From the NCBI GenBank assembly GCA_032250835.1, contig JAVVEA010000002.1, forward strand, positions 246,596-310,595: a stretch of 64,000 nt of DNA, in the 5' to 3' direction. Of the stretch, positions 9,632-19,212 are shown one piece after another. Both the position numbers and the translations under genes were made by a program. Every line of letters starts with the position of its first letter. The first letter of the stretch is position 1. The notes under the pieces were generated by a model that was not told the origin of the DNA, made no database searches, and saw nothing but the letters and a program-made list of their open reading frames with translations. The DNA is from a bacterium (GTDB lineage: Bacteria; SAR324; XYD2-FULL-50-16).

Positions 9632-10327
9632 ATGTCTAATCTGACGAAACGCCAAAAGGAATGGTCCAAGGAATTGGATCGGACCCAGAAATTCAGCCTT
9701 GACGAGGGCTTGGCCCTGGTTAAGAAATACGCGAAAGCTAAATTTACCGAGAAGGTAGACGTGGCGCTGCGCCTTGGCGTAGACCCCCGTAAGTCGGACC
9801 AGATGGTCCGCGGCTCTTGCGTTCTCCCCCACGGCACCGGCCAGACCTTGCGGGTCTTGGTTTTTGCTAAGGGCGACAAAGAAAAAGAAGCCTTAGAGGC
9901 AGGTGCCGACTTCGCCGGTGGCGAAGAATTGGCCGACAAGATCGCCAACGAAGGTTGGTTTGAATTTGACCGTGTCGTTGCCACCCCGGACATGATGGCC
10001 GTGGTTGGTAAGATCGGTCGCCTTTTGGGTCCTAAGGGCCTGATGCCGAACCCCAAAGTGGGCACGGTGACCGCCGACGTCAAGACGGTGGTCGGCGAGA
10101 TCAAAAAAGGTCAGGTTCAGTTCCGTACCGACAAGGGCGCTAACGTACACGCCACCTGCGGTTTGGTGACCTTCGAGTCGAGCCAACTGGCCGACAACAT
10201 CAAGACCATTTACGACCAATTGGTCAAGCTCAAGCCTTCGAGCGCCAAAGGTACCTACATCAAAGGGATCACCATCTCTTCGACCATGGGCCCGGGTGTT
10301 CGTTTGGACGAGAACCAATTCCGCTAA
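9632..10327 (+). CDS. rplA: 50S ribosomal protein L1
   Basis: [37 protein letters not shown]. Confidence 0.98.
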   Translation: MSNLTKRQKEWSKELDRTQKFSLDEGLALVKKYAKAKFTEKVDVALRLGVDPRKSDQMVRGSCVLPHGTGQTLRVLVFAKGDKEKEALEAGADFAGGEELADKIANEGWFEFDRVVATPDMMAVVGKIGRLLGPKGLMPNPKVGTVTADVKTVVGEIKKGQVQFRTDKGANVHATCGLVTFESSQLADNIKTIYDQLVKLKPSSAKGTYIKGITISSTMGPGVRLDENQFR

Positions 10328-10412
10328 GTCGGCTTTGGTTTGAACGTTGATTTTGCGGTTGCGCGATAAGCGCAACCCATGACCCCTTCGGGGGTCCCCC
10401 GGTTTTTACAGC

Positions 10413-10470
10413 GGTTATCGGAGACAGCAGGAGCCCTTTGGGGCTTAAAGATTCCTGCCGAGATGGCTGA
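10413..10470 (+). promoter_or_regulatory. L10 leader (L10/L7-L12 autoregulatory RNA)
   Basis: AGACAGCAGG-hairpin(GAGCCCTTTGGGGCTT)-AA...CCTGCCGAG core in the rplA-rplJ intergenic region. Confidence 0.75.
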
Positions 10471-10611
10471 CCTCCTTTGTGGACTGGATTCGTTCCCGAT
10501 TCCGGTTGCCTCCTGGTCGTCTTCCGATTTTCCAAAAACTCGTTGCCTTCGGAGTCTAAACGAAGGTTCGAGGCTTTTTTAGCCTTTGGTTAATCTATAA
10601 CAGGAGACTTC

Positions 10612-11139
10612 ATGTATCGGTCGCAGAAAGAGCAACTGGTCGCAGAGTTCCATGAGATCTTCGAACATGCCGTTTCGGGCGTGTTGATCGACTTCCAGGG
10701 CACCACGGTTGAGTCCGTGACGGCGCTGCGCAAGTCGCTCAACGAAAACGGAGCGAAGCTACGGGTGATGAAAAACACCCTGGCTAAGATTGCCGCGAAA
10801 GGCACGGCATACGAAGCGCTTGCGGATAGCTTTGTGCAAAACAGAGCCCTGGTATACAGCAATGAGGACCCCGTTAGTCACGCTAAAGTGATGACCGAGG
10901 TCGCCAAGAAGAACGAGAAGTTCAAAATCGTCGCGGGCCTTTTGGTCACCGGCGAGCAAGGTAAATTGTTGGACGCTGCCGGTGTGGACGCGCTCTCCAA
11001 GTTGCCGAGCAAAGAAGAGCTTTTGGTCAAGTTGCTGTACGTCATGAGCGCCCCGACCACCAATTTTGTGCGGACCCTCAACGAGGTTCCCGCCAAGTTC
11101 GTCCGCACCCTTGCGGCAATCGCAGAAACGAAAAACTAG
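10612..11139 (+). CDS. rplJ: 50S ribosomal protein L10
   Basis: VMKNTLAKIA, LSKLPSKEEL; AGGAG RBS; synteny. Confidence 0.96.
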   Translation: MYRSQKEQLVAEFHEIFEHAVSGVLIDFQGTTVESVTALRKSLNENGAKLRVMKNTLAKIAAKGTAYEALADSFVQNRALVYSNEDPVSHAKVMTEVAKKNEKFKIVAGLLVTGEQGKLLDAAGVDALSKLPSKEELLVKLLYVMSAPTTNFVRTLNEVPAKFVRTLAAIAETKN

Positions 11140-11157
11140 CCATCTTAGGAGCAAACA

Positions 11158-11541
11158 ATGTCTATCACCAAAGACCAAGTTATTGAGTTCATCTCAAGTA
11201 TGTCCGTTTTAGAACTCTCTGAAATGGTCAAAGACTTAGAAGAGAAGTTCGGCGTAAGTGCTGCTGCGGCCACCATGGCTGTTGCTGCTGGCCCCGCTGC
11301 TGCTGCTGAAGCGGCTGAAGAAAAAACCGAATTTGACGTCATCATGACCAGCTTCGGTGCCAACAAGATCAACGTGATCAAGGAAGTCCGTGGCATCACC
11401 GGTCTGGGCCTGAAAGAAGCCAAAGACATGGTTGAAGCTGCTGGTGCTGACTGCAAAGTCAAAGAAGGCGTGTCTAAGGACGAAGCCGAAAGCATCAAGA
11501 AGAAGTTGGAAGAAGCTGGCGCTTCGGCGGAAGTTAAGTAA
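11158..11541 (+). CDS. rplL: 50S ribosomal protein L7/L12
   Basis: [29 protein letters not shown]. Confidence 0.98.
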   Translation: MSITKDQVIEFISSMSVLELSEMVKDLEEKFGVSAAAATMAVAAGPAAAAEAAEEKTEFDVIMTSFGANKINVIKEVRGITGLGLKEAKDMVEAAGADCKVKEGVSKDEAESIKKKLEEAGASAEVK

Positions 11542-11566
11542 TTCCGCTGCCCACTTCGGTTGGCTT

Positions 11567-11607
11567 GACCCGGCTCCCCAGAATTTTGGAGGGCCGGGTT
11601 TTTTTTT
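11567..11607 (+). terminator. Intrinsic terminator after rplL
   Basis: GACCCGGCTC...GAGGGCCGGGTT stem followed by a 9-T tract. Confidence 0.8.
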
Positions 11608-11653
11608 GCCCTTTTCCTATGGAATTGCTTAGGTGGGATTATTTTTTATAGTC

Positions 11654-11710
11654 TTGACGGGACCCTCAATTGGTTATAATCTATAGTATAGATAATAATT
11701 AGTATATTTA
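11654..11710 (+). promoter_or_regulatory. sodB promoter with overlapping AT-rich palindromic operator (Fur/PerR-like)
   Basis: TTGACG at 11654, TATAAT at 11675; imperfect palindrome TTATAATCTATAGTATAGATAATAA at 11674-11698. Confidence 0.5.
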
Positions 11711-11740
11711 CATCCCATCAACCTAGCCCTAAGGAGCATC

Positions 11741-12331
11741 ATGGCTTTTACTCTACCTGACCTGCCTTACGCCAAAGACGCCCTGGAACCCCACATCAGC
11801 GCCAAAACCCTGGAAATCCACCATGGGAAACACCACAACGCTTATGTGACCAAACTCAATGAGTTGACCGACGGGACCGATCTTGCAGGCAAGTCCCTTG
11901 AAGAAATCATCGCCGCCACCAAGGGCGACACCGCCAAGGCGGGGCTCTTCAACCAAGCCGCACAGGTCTTTAACCACACCTTCTACTGGCATTGCATGAA
12001 GCCCAGTGGGGGCGGCGCACCGACCGGCGCGATTGCCGAAAAGATCAACGCTACCTTTGGTTCTTACGACAAATTTGTGACCGAGTTTAAGGCCGCCGGC
12101 GCAGGCCAGTTCGGTAGTGGCTGGGCCTGGTTGGTGCTTGAAGGGGGTCAACTGAAGATCACCAAAACCTCCAACGCAGACAACCCCCTGGCCCATGGCC
12201 AAAAGCCCCTATTGACGGTGGACGTTTGGGAGCATGCTTACTACATCGACTACCAAAACCGCCGCCCTGATTATTTGACCACCTTTGTGGACAAGTTGAT
12301 CAATTGGGACTTCGTTAATTCAAATCTTTAA
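11741..12331 (+). CDS. sodB: Iron superoxide dismutase
   Basis: HHGKHH, AAQVFNHTFYW (Fe-type Gln), FGSGWAW, DVWEHAYY. Confidence 0.93.
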   Translation: MAFTLPDLPYAKDALEPHISAKTLEIHHGKHHNAYVTKLNELTDGTDLAGKSLEEIIAATKGDTAKAGLFNQAAQVFNHTFYWHCMKPSGGGAPTGAIAEKINATFGSYDKFVTEFKAAGAGQFGSGWAWLVLEGGQLKITKTSNADNPLAHGQKPLLTVDVWEHAYYIDYQNRRPDYLTTFVDKLINWDFVNSNL

Positions 12332-12411
12332 TCGGCAGCGCCGATTGAATCCATCGGGGGGCTGTTTGTGGGCTCCCCAAGATCCCTTTCCTTATCCATC
12401 AGAGAATCGCC

Positions 12412-12696
12412 ATGTCTTGGGAACAAGCCTATTTGGAACAACGTTTAAAGAACCAACTTTCGATCCACGATAACGCATCCGTCAAACCCGACCAATTTGT
12501 GGCCGGATTGGGCGAAATTTATGACACGCTGCTGGTCGCGGCTAAGCAGGACCAACCCGGCGCCAAAGTGAAGTTAGCTGATTTTGCGGTGGAGTACCTG
12601 AATATTGGGCGCAGCGTTTTCCAAGGTGGAGCGGCTTACCACGACATCAAGACCAAGGTCTTGGCCGATTTGGGTGCACTCAAGCCGGCGGTCTAA
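12412..12696 (+). CDS. Hypothetical protein
   Basis: 94-aa ORF with host-like codon usage filling the gap after sodB. Confidence 0.6.
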   Translation: MSWEQAYLEQRLKNQLSIHDNASVKPDQFVAGLGEIYDTLLVAAKQDQPGAKVKLADFAVEYLNIGRSVFQGGAAYHDIKTKVLADLGALKPAV

Positions 12697-12751
12697 AGCC
12701 GACTGAGCCAAAGCTCCCATGCCCTTAGGCCCTCACCAGAGGGTTTGGGGG

Positions 12752-13192
12752 CTATTTTTTTACCCAAGGCGAATCCAGCAACCGCTGGTAAGTATCCCCT
12801 AAAATCTGTACGATCCGCCCGGCTGCGGCCGACTTTTCGGGATGCCGGGCAAAGCGGTCGGGATGGTATTTTTTTAACTCTTCTTTGCGCGCCTTTTTTA
12901 GCTCTTCTAAGGTAACCGGCGGCGTCAAGCCAAAGGCGGCCAGATCTTTTAAGAAGCTGTCGCTGTATTCACTAGCACTTTTTGTGGGGCGCTTCGAGCC
13001 AAAGGTTTCGGCTTGCGGGCGCTCAAAATTTGGCTTTTTTGGCCCCTTTGGCTCGGGACCGGGTTGGTCTGGGTCGATCCCTAAGCGGCGCTCCCAGGCG
13101 CTCAAGCCCTGGTCAAAGAGCTGTGCAAATTCATCGAGTTGATCTGAGGCTAGGCTGGCAAGCAGTCGAGCCAAGCGTTGGTTTAAGTCCAT
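12752..13192 (-). CDS. J-domain (DnaJ-like) protein with C-terminal J domain
   Basis: ELKKARKEELKKYHPDRF motif. Confidence 0.75.
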   Translation of the reverse strand: MDLNQRLARLLASLASDQLDEFAQLFDQGLSAWERRLGIDPDQPGPEPKGPKKPNFERPQAETFGSKRPTKSASEYSDSFLKDLAAFGLTPPVTLEELKKARKEELKKYHPDRFARHPEKSAAAGRIVQILGDTYQRLLDSPWVKK

Positions 13193-13378
13193 GGCAATCC
13201 TCCTGCTCTTGACTAGCCCCTGGAAAACTCCCGGTCAAGGGGCGCTTAGTAAGGTTGCTTATGGTCATTTGTGGGGTAATGGCCTAAAATCCGTAAAGTC
13301 GCTGACTGGGCGGCAAATTGCACTTGGAAGAATGGCCAAAAGTCTTTAGACTCAAAGGTCCAACCAGCTAGGGATCGC

Positions 13379-15169
13379 ATGCAACCGTCACCAAAAAATT
13401 TGATTCTCATTTTCGCCCTGATTCTTGGGTTTGTCTTGGTCTTCAGTATGACCAGCGCACCAGGAAGCGGGCGCGAAGTCCCCTTCTCGGCCTTCTTGAA
13501 CTTGGTCGAATCCGGCCAAGTGACGGATGTGATCATCAAGGGTACCCAGGTCACCGGACGCACCACCAATCAGGAAGTCTTCCAGAGCAACGTGCCCCGC
13601 TACTTCGCGGTGGTGCCTTTGCTGTATGAAAAGAAGGTCCACTTCCGGGTGGAGTCTGCCGAAGGTTCGGGTCTGTTCTTTGCCATCTTGTCCAGTTGGC
13701 TGCCCATACTGCTGATCATCGGTGTTTGGGTCTTCTTCATGCGGCAGATGCAGGGCGGCAATAAGGTGATGGGCTTCGGCAAGTCCAAACCCAAAAAGGC
13801 CGAAGACAACGCCGTTAAGGTGACCTTTGCCGATGTGGCGGGGATTGATGAGTCCAAGGCTGAACTAGATGAAATCGTCGAGTTCCTCGCCGATCCTAGT
13901 AAGTTCGAAAAATTAGGCGGCAAGATCCCCACAGGCGTGTTGTTGGTCGGGGAGCCCGGTACCGGTAAAACCCTGTTGGCCAAGGCCATTGCTGGTGAAG
14001 CCGGGGTGGCGTTTTTTAGTATTTCGGGCTCTGATTTTGTGGAAATGTTTGTCGGCGTCGGCGCTAGCCGGGTCCGTGACCTCTTTGCCCAGGCCCGCGC
14101 GGCTGCGCCTTGCATCATTTTCATCGACGAAATCGACGCCGTTGGCCGCCATCGTGGTGCTGGTTTAGGCGGCGGGAATGACGAGCGTGAGCAGACCTTG
14201 AACCAATTGCTGGTCGAGATGGACGGCTTTAATGGCAACGAGGGCGTGATTGTGGTCGCCGCCACCAACCGCCCTGACGTATTGGATTCGGCCTTGACCC
14301 GCCCCGGTCGCTTCGACCGGCAGGTAACGGTTCCCAAGCCCGACATGGAAGGCCGTAAAAAGATTTTGGGCGTCCATACCCGGGGCATCACCTTGGACCC
14401 CGACGTGAACCTAAAGATTTTGGCCCAGGCAACGCCCGGTTTCACCGGTGCCGACTTAGCCAACTTGGCCAACGAGGCGGCCCTGACGGCTGCCCGCAAG
14501 AACCAAAAGACCGTGGGCATGGCGGACTTTGAAGAAGCCCGCGATAAGGTGATGCTGGGTAAAGAGCGCCGCAGCATGGTGATTCCCGCCAAGGAAAAAC
14601 GCACCACCGCCTACCACGAAGCGGGACACGCTTTGGTAGCGGCCCTGACGCCCGGCGTGGACCCGGTCCATAAAGTGACCATCGTCCCCCGTGGCCGCGC
14701 TTTGGGTTTGACCATGTTACTGCCTAGCGAGGACAAAAACAGCCAACACAAAAGCCATCTAGAAGGCATGTTGGCGATGATGATGGGTGGGCGCGCCGCT
14801 GAAGAGTTGATTTTTAACCACTTCACTACCGGTGCCAGCAACGACTTAGAGCGAGCCACCAAGATCGCCCACCGGATGGTTTGCAACTGGGGCATGAGCG
14901 ACAAGCTGGGCCCGGTTTATCTGGCGGTCAACCAAGGGGAAGTTTTCTTGGGTCGGGATATGATGAAGAAAAAACACTTGAGCCAGTCCACCGCCCGGAT
15001 GATCGACCAAGAGGTCCAAAGCATCGTCAACGCGGCTTACCTAAGAGCCAAAAACCTGCTCACCGAGCATATGGAAAAGCTGCATTTGGTTACCGAACGA
15101 TTGATTGAGCGCGAAACCATCGACGGTTCTTATATCTTAGAGGTCTTGGGTAAGGAGGTTCCCGCCTAA
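13379..15169 (+). CDS. ftsH: ATP-dependent zinc metalloprotease FtsH
   Basis: Two TMs, [24 protein letters not shown]. Confidence 0.98.
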   Translation: MQPSPKNLILIFALILGFVLVFSMTSAPGSGREVPFSAFLNLVESGQVTDVIIKGTQVTGRTTNQEVFQSNVPRYFAVVPLLYEKKVHFRVESAEGSGLFFAILSSWLPILLIIGVWVFFMRQMQGGNKVMGFGKSKPKKAEDNAVKVTFADVAGIDESKAELDEIVEFLADPSKFEKLGGKIPTGVLLVGEPGTGKTLLAKAIAGEAGVAFFSISGSDFVEMFVGVGASRVRDLFAQARAAAPCIIFIDEIDAVGRHRGAGLGGGNDEREQTLNQLLVEMDGFNGNEGVIVVAATNRPDVLDSALTRPGRFDRQVTVPKPDMEGRKKILGVHTRGITLDPDVNLKILAQATPGFTGADLANLANEAALTAARKNQKTVGMADFEEARDKVMLGKERRSMVIPAKEKRTTAYHEAGHALVAALTPGVDPVHKVTIVPRGRALGLTMLLPSEDKNSQHKSHLEGMLAMMMGGRAAEELIFNHFTTGASNDLERATKIAHRMVCNWGMSDKLGPVYLAVNQGEVFLGRDMMKKKHLSQSTARMIDQEVQSIVNAAYLRAKNLLTEHMEKLHLVTERLIERETIDGSYILEVLGKEVPA

Positions 15170-15172
15170 GCG

Positions 15173-16324
15173 ATGGACCCTCTCTTTATAGTTCCTTTGG
15201 CGCCGGCTCCGGCGGCTATTGCCCATTTAAAAACTTGGTTCGGCGCCACCGAAACGCCGCCGATAGATCAACCCCTAGGGTTGATCTTGGGGCGGGCCGC
15301 CAGCCCGCCGAAGGGCTGGGAGGCATTAAAGAACCGCTGGCCCAACTGGACCTTTTTTAAAGCGCCCTATCTGGCGCTGGCCTTTAGCTGGACCCATTGG
15401 CCCCAGTTGGCTCAGGCCTTGGCCGAGGAAACACCCGCTTGGTTTGAGCAGATTCAAGGCCTTTTGGTGCCTCAAGAGGCCCCACGCTTTTGGCTTCGCG
15501 GGACCGTCTTCGAGCCCGGTCGGCCTTTGGTGATGGGTATTTTGAACCTCACGCCCGATTCTTTTTCGGACGGCGGTTTGTATCAAGCCCTGCCCAACGC
15601 TTTGGCCCGGGCCGAAGAGATGGTCGCCCAGGGGGCGGACCTGCTAGACCTAGGTGGTGAATCAACCCGCCCCGGTTCGGAACCGGTGGGGGCCGAAGAA
15701 GAATTGGCGAGGGTTTTGCCGGTCTTAAAGGCGCTACGCCAACGATACCCGGAACTGCCCCTTTCGGTGGATACGGTCAAGCCACAGGTCGCCCGGACCG
15801 TTTTGGCTGCAGGGGCGGACTTGATCAATGACGTTTCCGGCTTGTCTGGGGGCGTCGAAATGGTCGATGCGGTGGTGGGCGCTGGGGCTGGGTATGTTTT
15901 GATGCACACCCAGGGGACTCCTAAGACCATGCAACTAGACCCGAGCTACGGGAATCCGGTGGTCGATGTCTATGCTTTTTTAGAAGAGCGGCTCGCTTTC
16001 TGCATGGATCACGGCTTGAGTCGTGACCGGATATTGGTGGACCCAGGCATTGGGTTCGGCAAAAGGTTGGACCATAACCTGGAACTACTGCGGCATCAGG
16101 CTGCTTTTAATGCTTTGGGTTGTTGGGTCCTGCTGGGAACATCGAATAAATCTTTTTTGGAGAAGGCCCTGGGCCTTCGGCTGGATGAGCGCGCAGAAGC
16201 CAACCTAGCGGGGCAGGTTTTGGGTTTTGAGCGCGGAGCCGGAGTCTTTAGGGTGCACGAGGTACTCCAAACCCGTCGGGCCTTAGATTTGGCCCGACTT
16301 TATCGTCCTTTGGGCTCGACATGA
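15173..16324 (+). CDS. folP: Dihydropteroate synthase with N-terminal extension
   Basis: VMGILNLTPDSFSDGG, GGESTRPG, DPGIGFGK, FRVHEV. Confidence 0.95.
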   Translation: MDPLFIVPLAPAPAAIAHLKTWFGATETPPIDQPLGLILGRAASPPKGWEALKNRWPNWTFFKAPYLALAFSWTHWPQLAQALAEETPAWFEQIQGLLVPQEAPRFWLRGTVFEPGRPLVMGILNLTPDSFSDGGLYQALPNALARAEEMVAQGADLLDLGGESTRPGSEPVGAEEELARVLPVLKALRQRYPELPLSVDTVKPQVARTVLAAGADLINDVSGLSGGVEMVDAVVGAGAGYVLMHTQGTPKTMQLDPSYGNPVVDVYAFLEERLAFCMDHGLSRDRILVDPGIGFGKRLDHNLELLRHQAAFNALGCWVLLGTSNKSFLEKALGLRLDERAEANLAGQVLGFERGAGVFRVHEVLQTRRALDLARLYRPLGST

Positions 16325-17121
16325 TCGAACTGCTCTACGAACTTCGCTGGCAAGACCTAATAGATATCGCCTTACTGACAGCGATCATCTATAGCTTCAT
16401 CATCATGTTGCAAGGCACCCGCACCGTCCAAATCGCCACCGGCTTCTTCTTGGTGGCGGTGATCTACTACTTGACCGACTTTCTAGGCCTCGCCGGATTG
16501 AACTGGGTGTTAAACAACCTGTTCAGCAGCATTGTGGTGGTGATCATCATCTTATTCCAGGCCGACATCCGAAAGGCCCTTGCCCAGATTGGCGTGCGCA
16601 CTTTTTTTAGGGACTACAACCCCCGCAAGGCGGTCACGCTGATCGACCAGTTGATCAAGGTCTGCGAGCACTTCGCTAAGACCCGCACCGGCGCGTTGAT
16701 TGTGTTAGAAAAAGACATTGGCCTGAAAGAACACTACACCAATGCCACCCGTTTGGACGCCCAGTTCAGCCCTAAGTTGTTGGCCACCTTGTTTAACACC
16801 CACGGCCCCCTACACGACGGCGCGGTGGTGATCGATAAGGGGCAGTTGATCAGCTACGCCGGTTGCATCTTACCTTTGTCGAACCAAGAAGACCTGAGCG
16901 GAAACCTAGGGACGCGCCATCGTGCCGCCTTGGGCCTTTCGGAGATGACCGATGCGGTGATTCTGGTGGTGTCTGAAGAGCGCGGGGTGATCAGCATCGC
17001 TCATTTGGGGCAGATGATCCCCGGCGGGAGCGAAGCCAACCTGCGCCGCAAGTTATATGAGCTGTACATGGAACGCCCGATGGACAAAGCCGAATTGGCT
17101 CGAGAAGAGGAGGGCGCATGA
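16321..17121 (+). CDS. cdaA: Diadenylate cyclase CdaA/DacA
   Basis: Three N-terminal TMs, HDGA and GTRHRAA catalytic motifs, VVSEERG. Confidence 0.93.
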   Translation: MIELLYELRWQDLIDIALLTAIIYSFIIMLQGTRTVQIATGFFLVAVIYYLTDFLGLAGLNWVLNNLFSSIVVVIIILFQADIRKALAQIGVRTFFRDYNPRKAVTLIDQLIKVCEHFAKTRTGALIVLEKDIGLKEHYTNATRLDAQFSPKLLATLFNTHGPLHDGAVVIDKGQLISYAGCILPLSNQEDLSGNLGTRHRAALGLSEMTDAVILVVSEERGVISIAHLGQMIPGGSEANLRRKLYELYMERPMDKAELAREEEGA

Positions 17122-18071
17122 TCAAGAAGCTCAAGCTAAAATTCAACCTAACCAACAACTGGCCCCAAAAGCTGGTGGCTTTGGTGCTGGCTTGTTTTAT
17201 CTGGGCTATGGCCCCTTCGCCTAGTAAGAAAGGGCTAACGGAGATCCAATTTTTTGTGCCCGTTAGTTACATCAACACGCCCAAAGATCTAGAGATGACC
17301 AGCACGCCCTTGCAGACCGTCAGCGTGGTGGTCGAGGTGCCGCCCCGCGATCTGCCCGACGTGCATCCCTCGAATTTTCAGGCAGTGATCGACCTAGACG
17401 GTGCGGCTCCGGGCACGCGCAAGTATAAGATCCACAAGCGGGCGATCAAAGCCCCCAAGGCGGTCAGTATTGTTCAGGTGAACCCTGAATCGGTTGAGAT
17501 CACTTTTGAAAAGGCGATCACCAAAGAGCTACCGATCCAACCGGTCCTGGTTGGCACTCCGGCGCAGGGCTATGTGCTGGAAAAAGTCACCATGATTCCC
17601 GCCCGCATCGAGGTCCACGGACCTGCCCGTAGTTTAGAAGGGGTGGACCAGCTAGAGACGAAGGCGCTGAACATTGAAGGAGTCAGCGGCGAGATCGAGA
17701 TGTTCGCCCAGATTGCTTGGCCCGAGGGGGTCAAACCGACGCCTGCGGCACCGGACAACTTCACGGCGCGGATTCAGGTAGGCTCCGAGCCGGTCAGTCG
17801 GAGGTTTGATAAGATCCCCATTGGCGTGGTCAACCAAACTTACGTCACCCGGATCAACCCGAAAAACTTCAACCTCCTGATCCGAGGGCCTAAGTCTTTG
17901 GTGGACTCGATGACTATCGACGACATCCAGGCCTTCATCGACCTAAAGAGTTATAAGCCCGGCACCTATAAGGTCAAACAGCCCACCGTAAGGCTGCGCC
18001 CGGAACTGCAAATCCAAGAAGCTTGGCCGCCTATCGACGTGTGGGTGCTCAACCAAAAGATTTACGAATAG
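17118..18071 (+). CDS. cdaR: CdaR/YbbR-domain regulator
   Basis: NW..KL.AL..A..IW N-terminal TM, three YbbR-like repeats, ATGA overlap with cdaA. Confidence 0.88.
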   Translation: MIKKLKLKFNLTNNWPQKLVALVLACFIWAMAPSPSKKGLTEIQFFVPVSYINTPKDLEMTSTPLQTVSVVVEVPPRDLPDVHPSNFQAVIDLDGAAPGTRKYKIHKRAIKAPKAVSIVQVNPESVEITFEKAITKELPIQPVLVGTPAQGYVLEKVTMIPARIEVHGPARSLEGVDQLETKALNIEGVSGEIEMFAQIAWPEGVKPTPAAPDNFTARIQVGSEPVSRRFDKIPIGVVNQTYVTRINPKNFNLLIRGPKSLVDSMTIDDIQAFIDLKSYKPGTYKVKQPTVRLRPELQIQEAWPPIDVWVLNQKIYE

Positions 18072-18073
18072 CC

Positions 18074-18796
18074 ATGCCCAAACTGCACATCAACGTTGAC
18101 CATATCGCCACCATCCGCCAAGCCCGACTGACCACAGAGCCAGACCCGGTATATGCGGCCTTGATGGCTGAACAGGCCGGGGCCGACGGGATCACCATCC
18201 ACCTGCGCGAAGACCGCCGCCACATCCAAGACCGGGACTTGGCTCTTTGCCGTCAAATGGTCCAGACCCGATTGAACCTGGAAATGGCGGCCACCGATCA
18301 GATGACCGAGATTGCGCTGAACCAAAAGCCGGATATTTGTACCCTAGTGCCCGAAAAGCGCGAAGAGGTGACCACAGAAGGCGGTTTGGACGTAAAGGCA
18401 GCTCAAGAAAAATTGCGGCAGATTATGCCTGCCCTGAAAAAAGCGGGCATCCGGGTCAGTTTGTTTATCGACCCCGAGAAGGAACAGATTGATCTCGCCG
18501 CCCAGTTGGGTGCCGATGACGTGGAATTACACACCGGCGAATATGCCAACGCCACCGGACCGGCGGAGTTAAGCCAACTAGTCCGGTTGGCCCAAGCCGC
18601 CAGCTACGCCCACGGACTGGGGTTGCAGGTCAACGCCGGACACGGCCTGACCTACTTCAACGTGACCCCCGTAGCGGCGATCCCCGAAGTAGCCGAGCTG
18701 AACATCGGCCATAGCATCATCTCTCGCGCCACCTACGTAGGCATCGACCAAGCGGTCCGCGAAATGATCACCCTGTTGGCCAAAGCCCGCGCTTAG
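18074..18796 (+). CDS. pdxJ: Pyridoxine 5'-phosphate synthase
   Basis: [36 protein letters not shown]. Confidence 0.97.
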   Translation: MPKLHINVDHIATIRQARLTTEPDPVYAALMAEQAGADGITIHLREDRRHIQDRDLALCRQMVQTRLNLEMAATDQMTEIALNQKPDICTLVPEKREEVTTEGGLDVKAAQEKLRQIMPALKKAGIRVSLFIDPEKEQIDLAAQLGADDVELHTGEYANATGPAELSQLVRLAQAASYAHGLGLQVNAGHGLTYFNVTPVAAIPEVAELNIGHSIISRATYVGIDQAVREMITLLAKARA

Positions 18797-19063
18797 GTTG
18801 AATGTCTTGAGGCGGCCAACTTGGGGGCTTTAGCAGGGCCAAGGTGCCGCCTAAAACAAACATACCAGGCTGGTCATCATACAACTCCGCTCCTTATATC
18901 TGTTCTATGGGCGGGGCCCCGCTCCTCTTCTTAGCCTTCTCGGGCCGTTAATTTCCAAAACACTCGTCGTTGCAAAGTCTCATCATTGGAATGCGTTCCT
19001 TTGACTTATCAAGATGAAATTGACTTTGAGTTTTATTATATGATAAAAAGGGGCAAAGGTGCT

Positions 19064-19212
19064 GCAACTGTGCCTGGACCCCTGTTGTTGCCGAAGCTAC
19101 TAAGCAAGCTGTATTCAAGATTGACTCTATTTTTCCTCTATCTTGGAATGTTTTTCCGTGTGTAACAGGGGCTTATTGGAAAAACAGTCCAGATAGCAAA
19201 AGGAAAAATATG
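19064..19212 (+). promoter_or_regulatory. Structured 5' leader (RBS-sequestering hairpin plus loop-loop pairing), unknown family
   Basis: Hand-folded: 19128-19158 pairs with 19177-19210 (about 29 bp including AGGAAAAATA); loop AACAGGGG (19164-19171) is complementary to CCCCTGTT (19079-19086). Confidence 0.6.

Noticed and set aside
13600-14607. 335-aa antisense ORF within ftsH (and similar shadow ORFs in rplA, dnaX, rho, serS)
   Set aside because: Typical antisense shadows of GC-biased coding sequence with no recognisable motifs
15173-16324. Possible sul-type sulfonamide resistance gene
   Set aside because: Chromosomal folP in the ftsH operon with the ordinary PGIGFGK loop, lacking the Sul-type insertion
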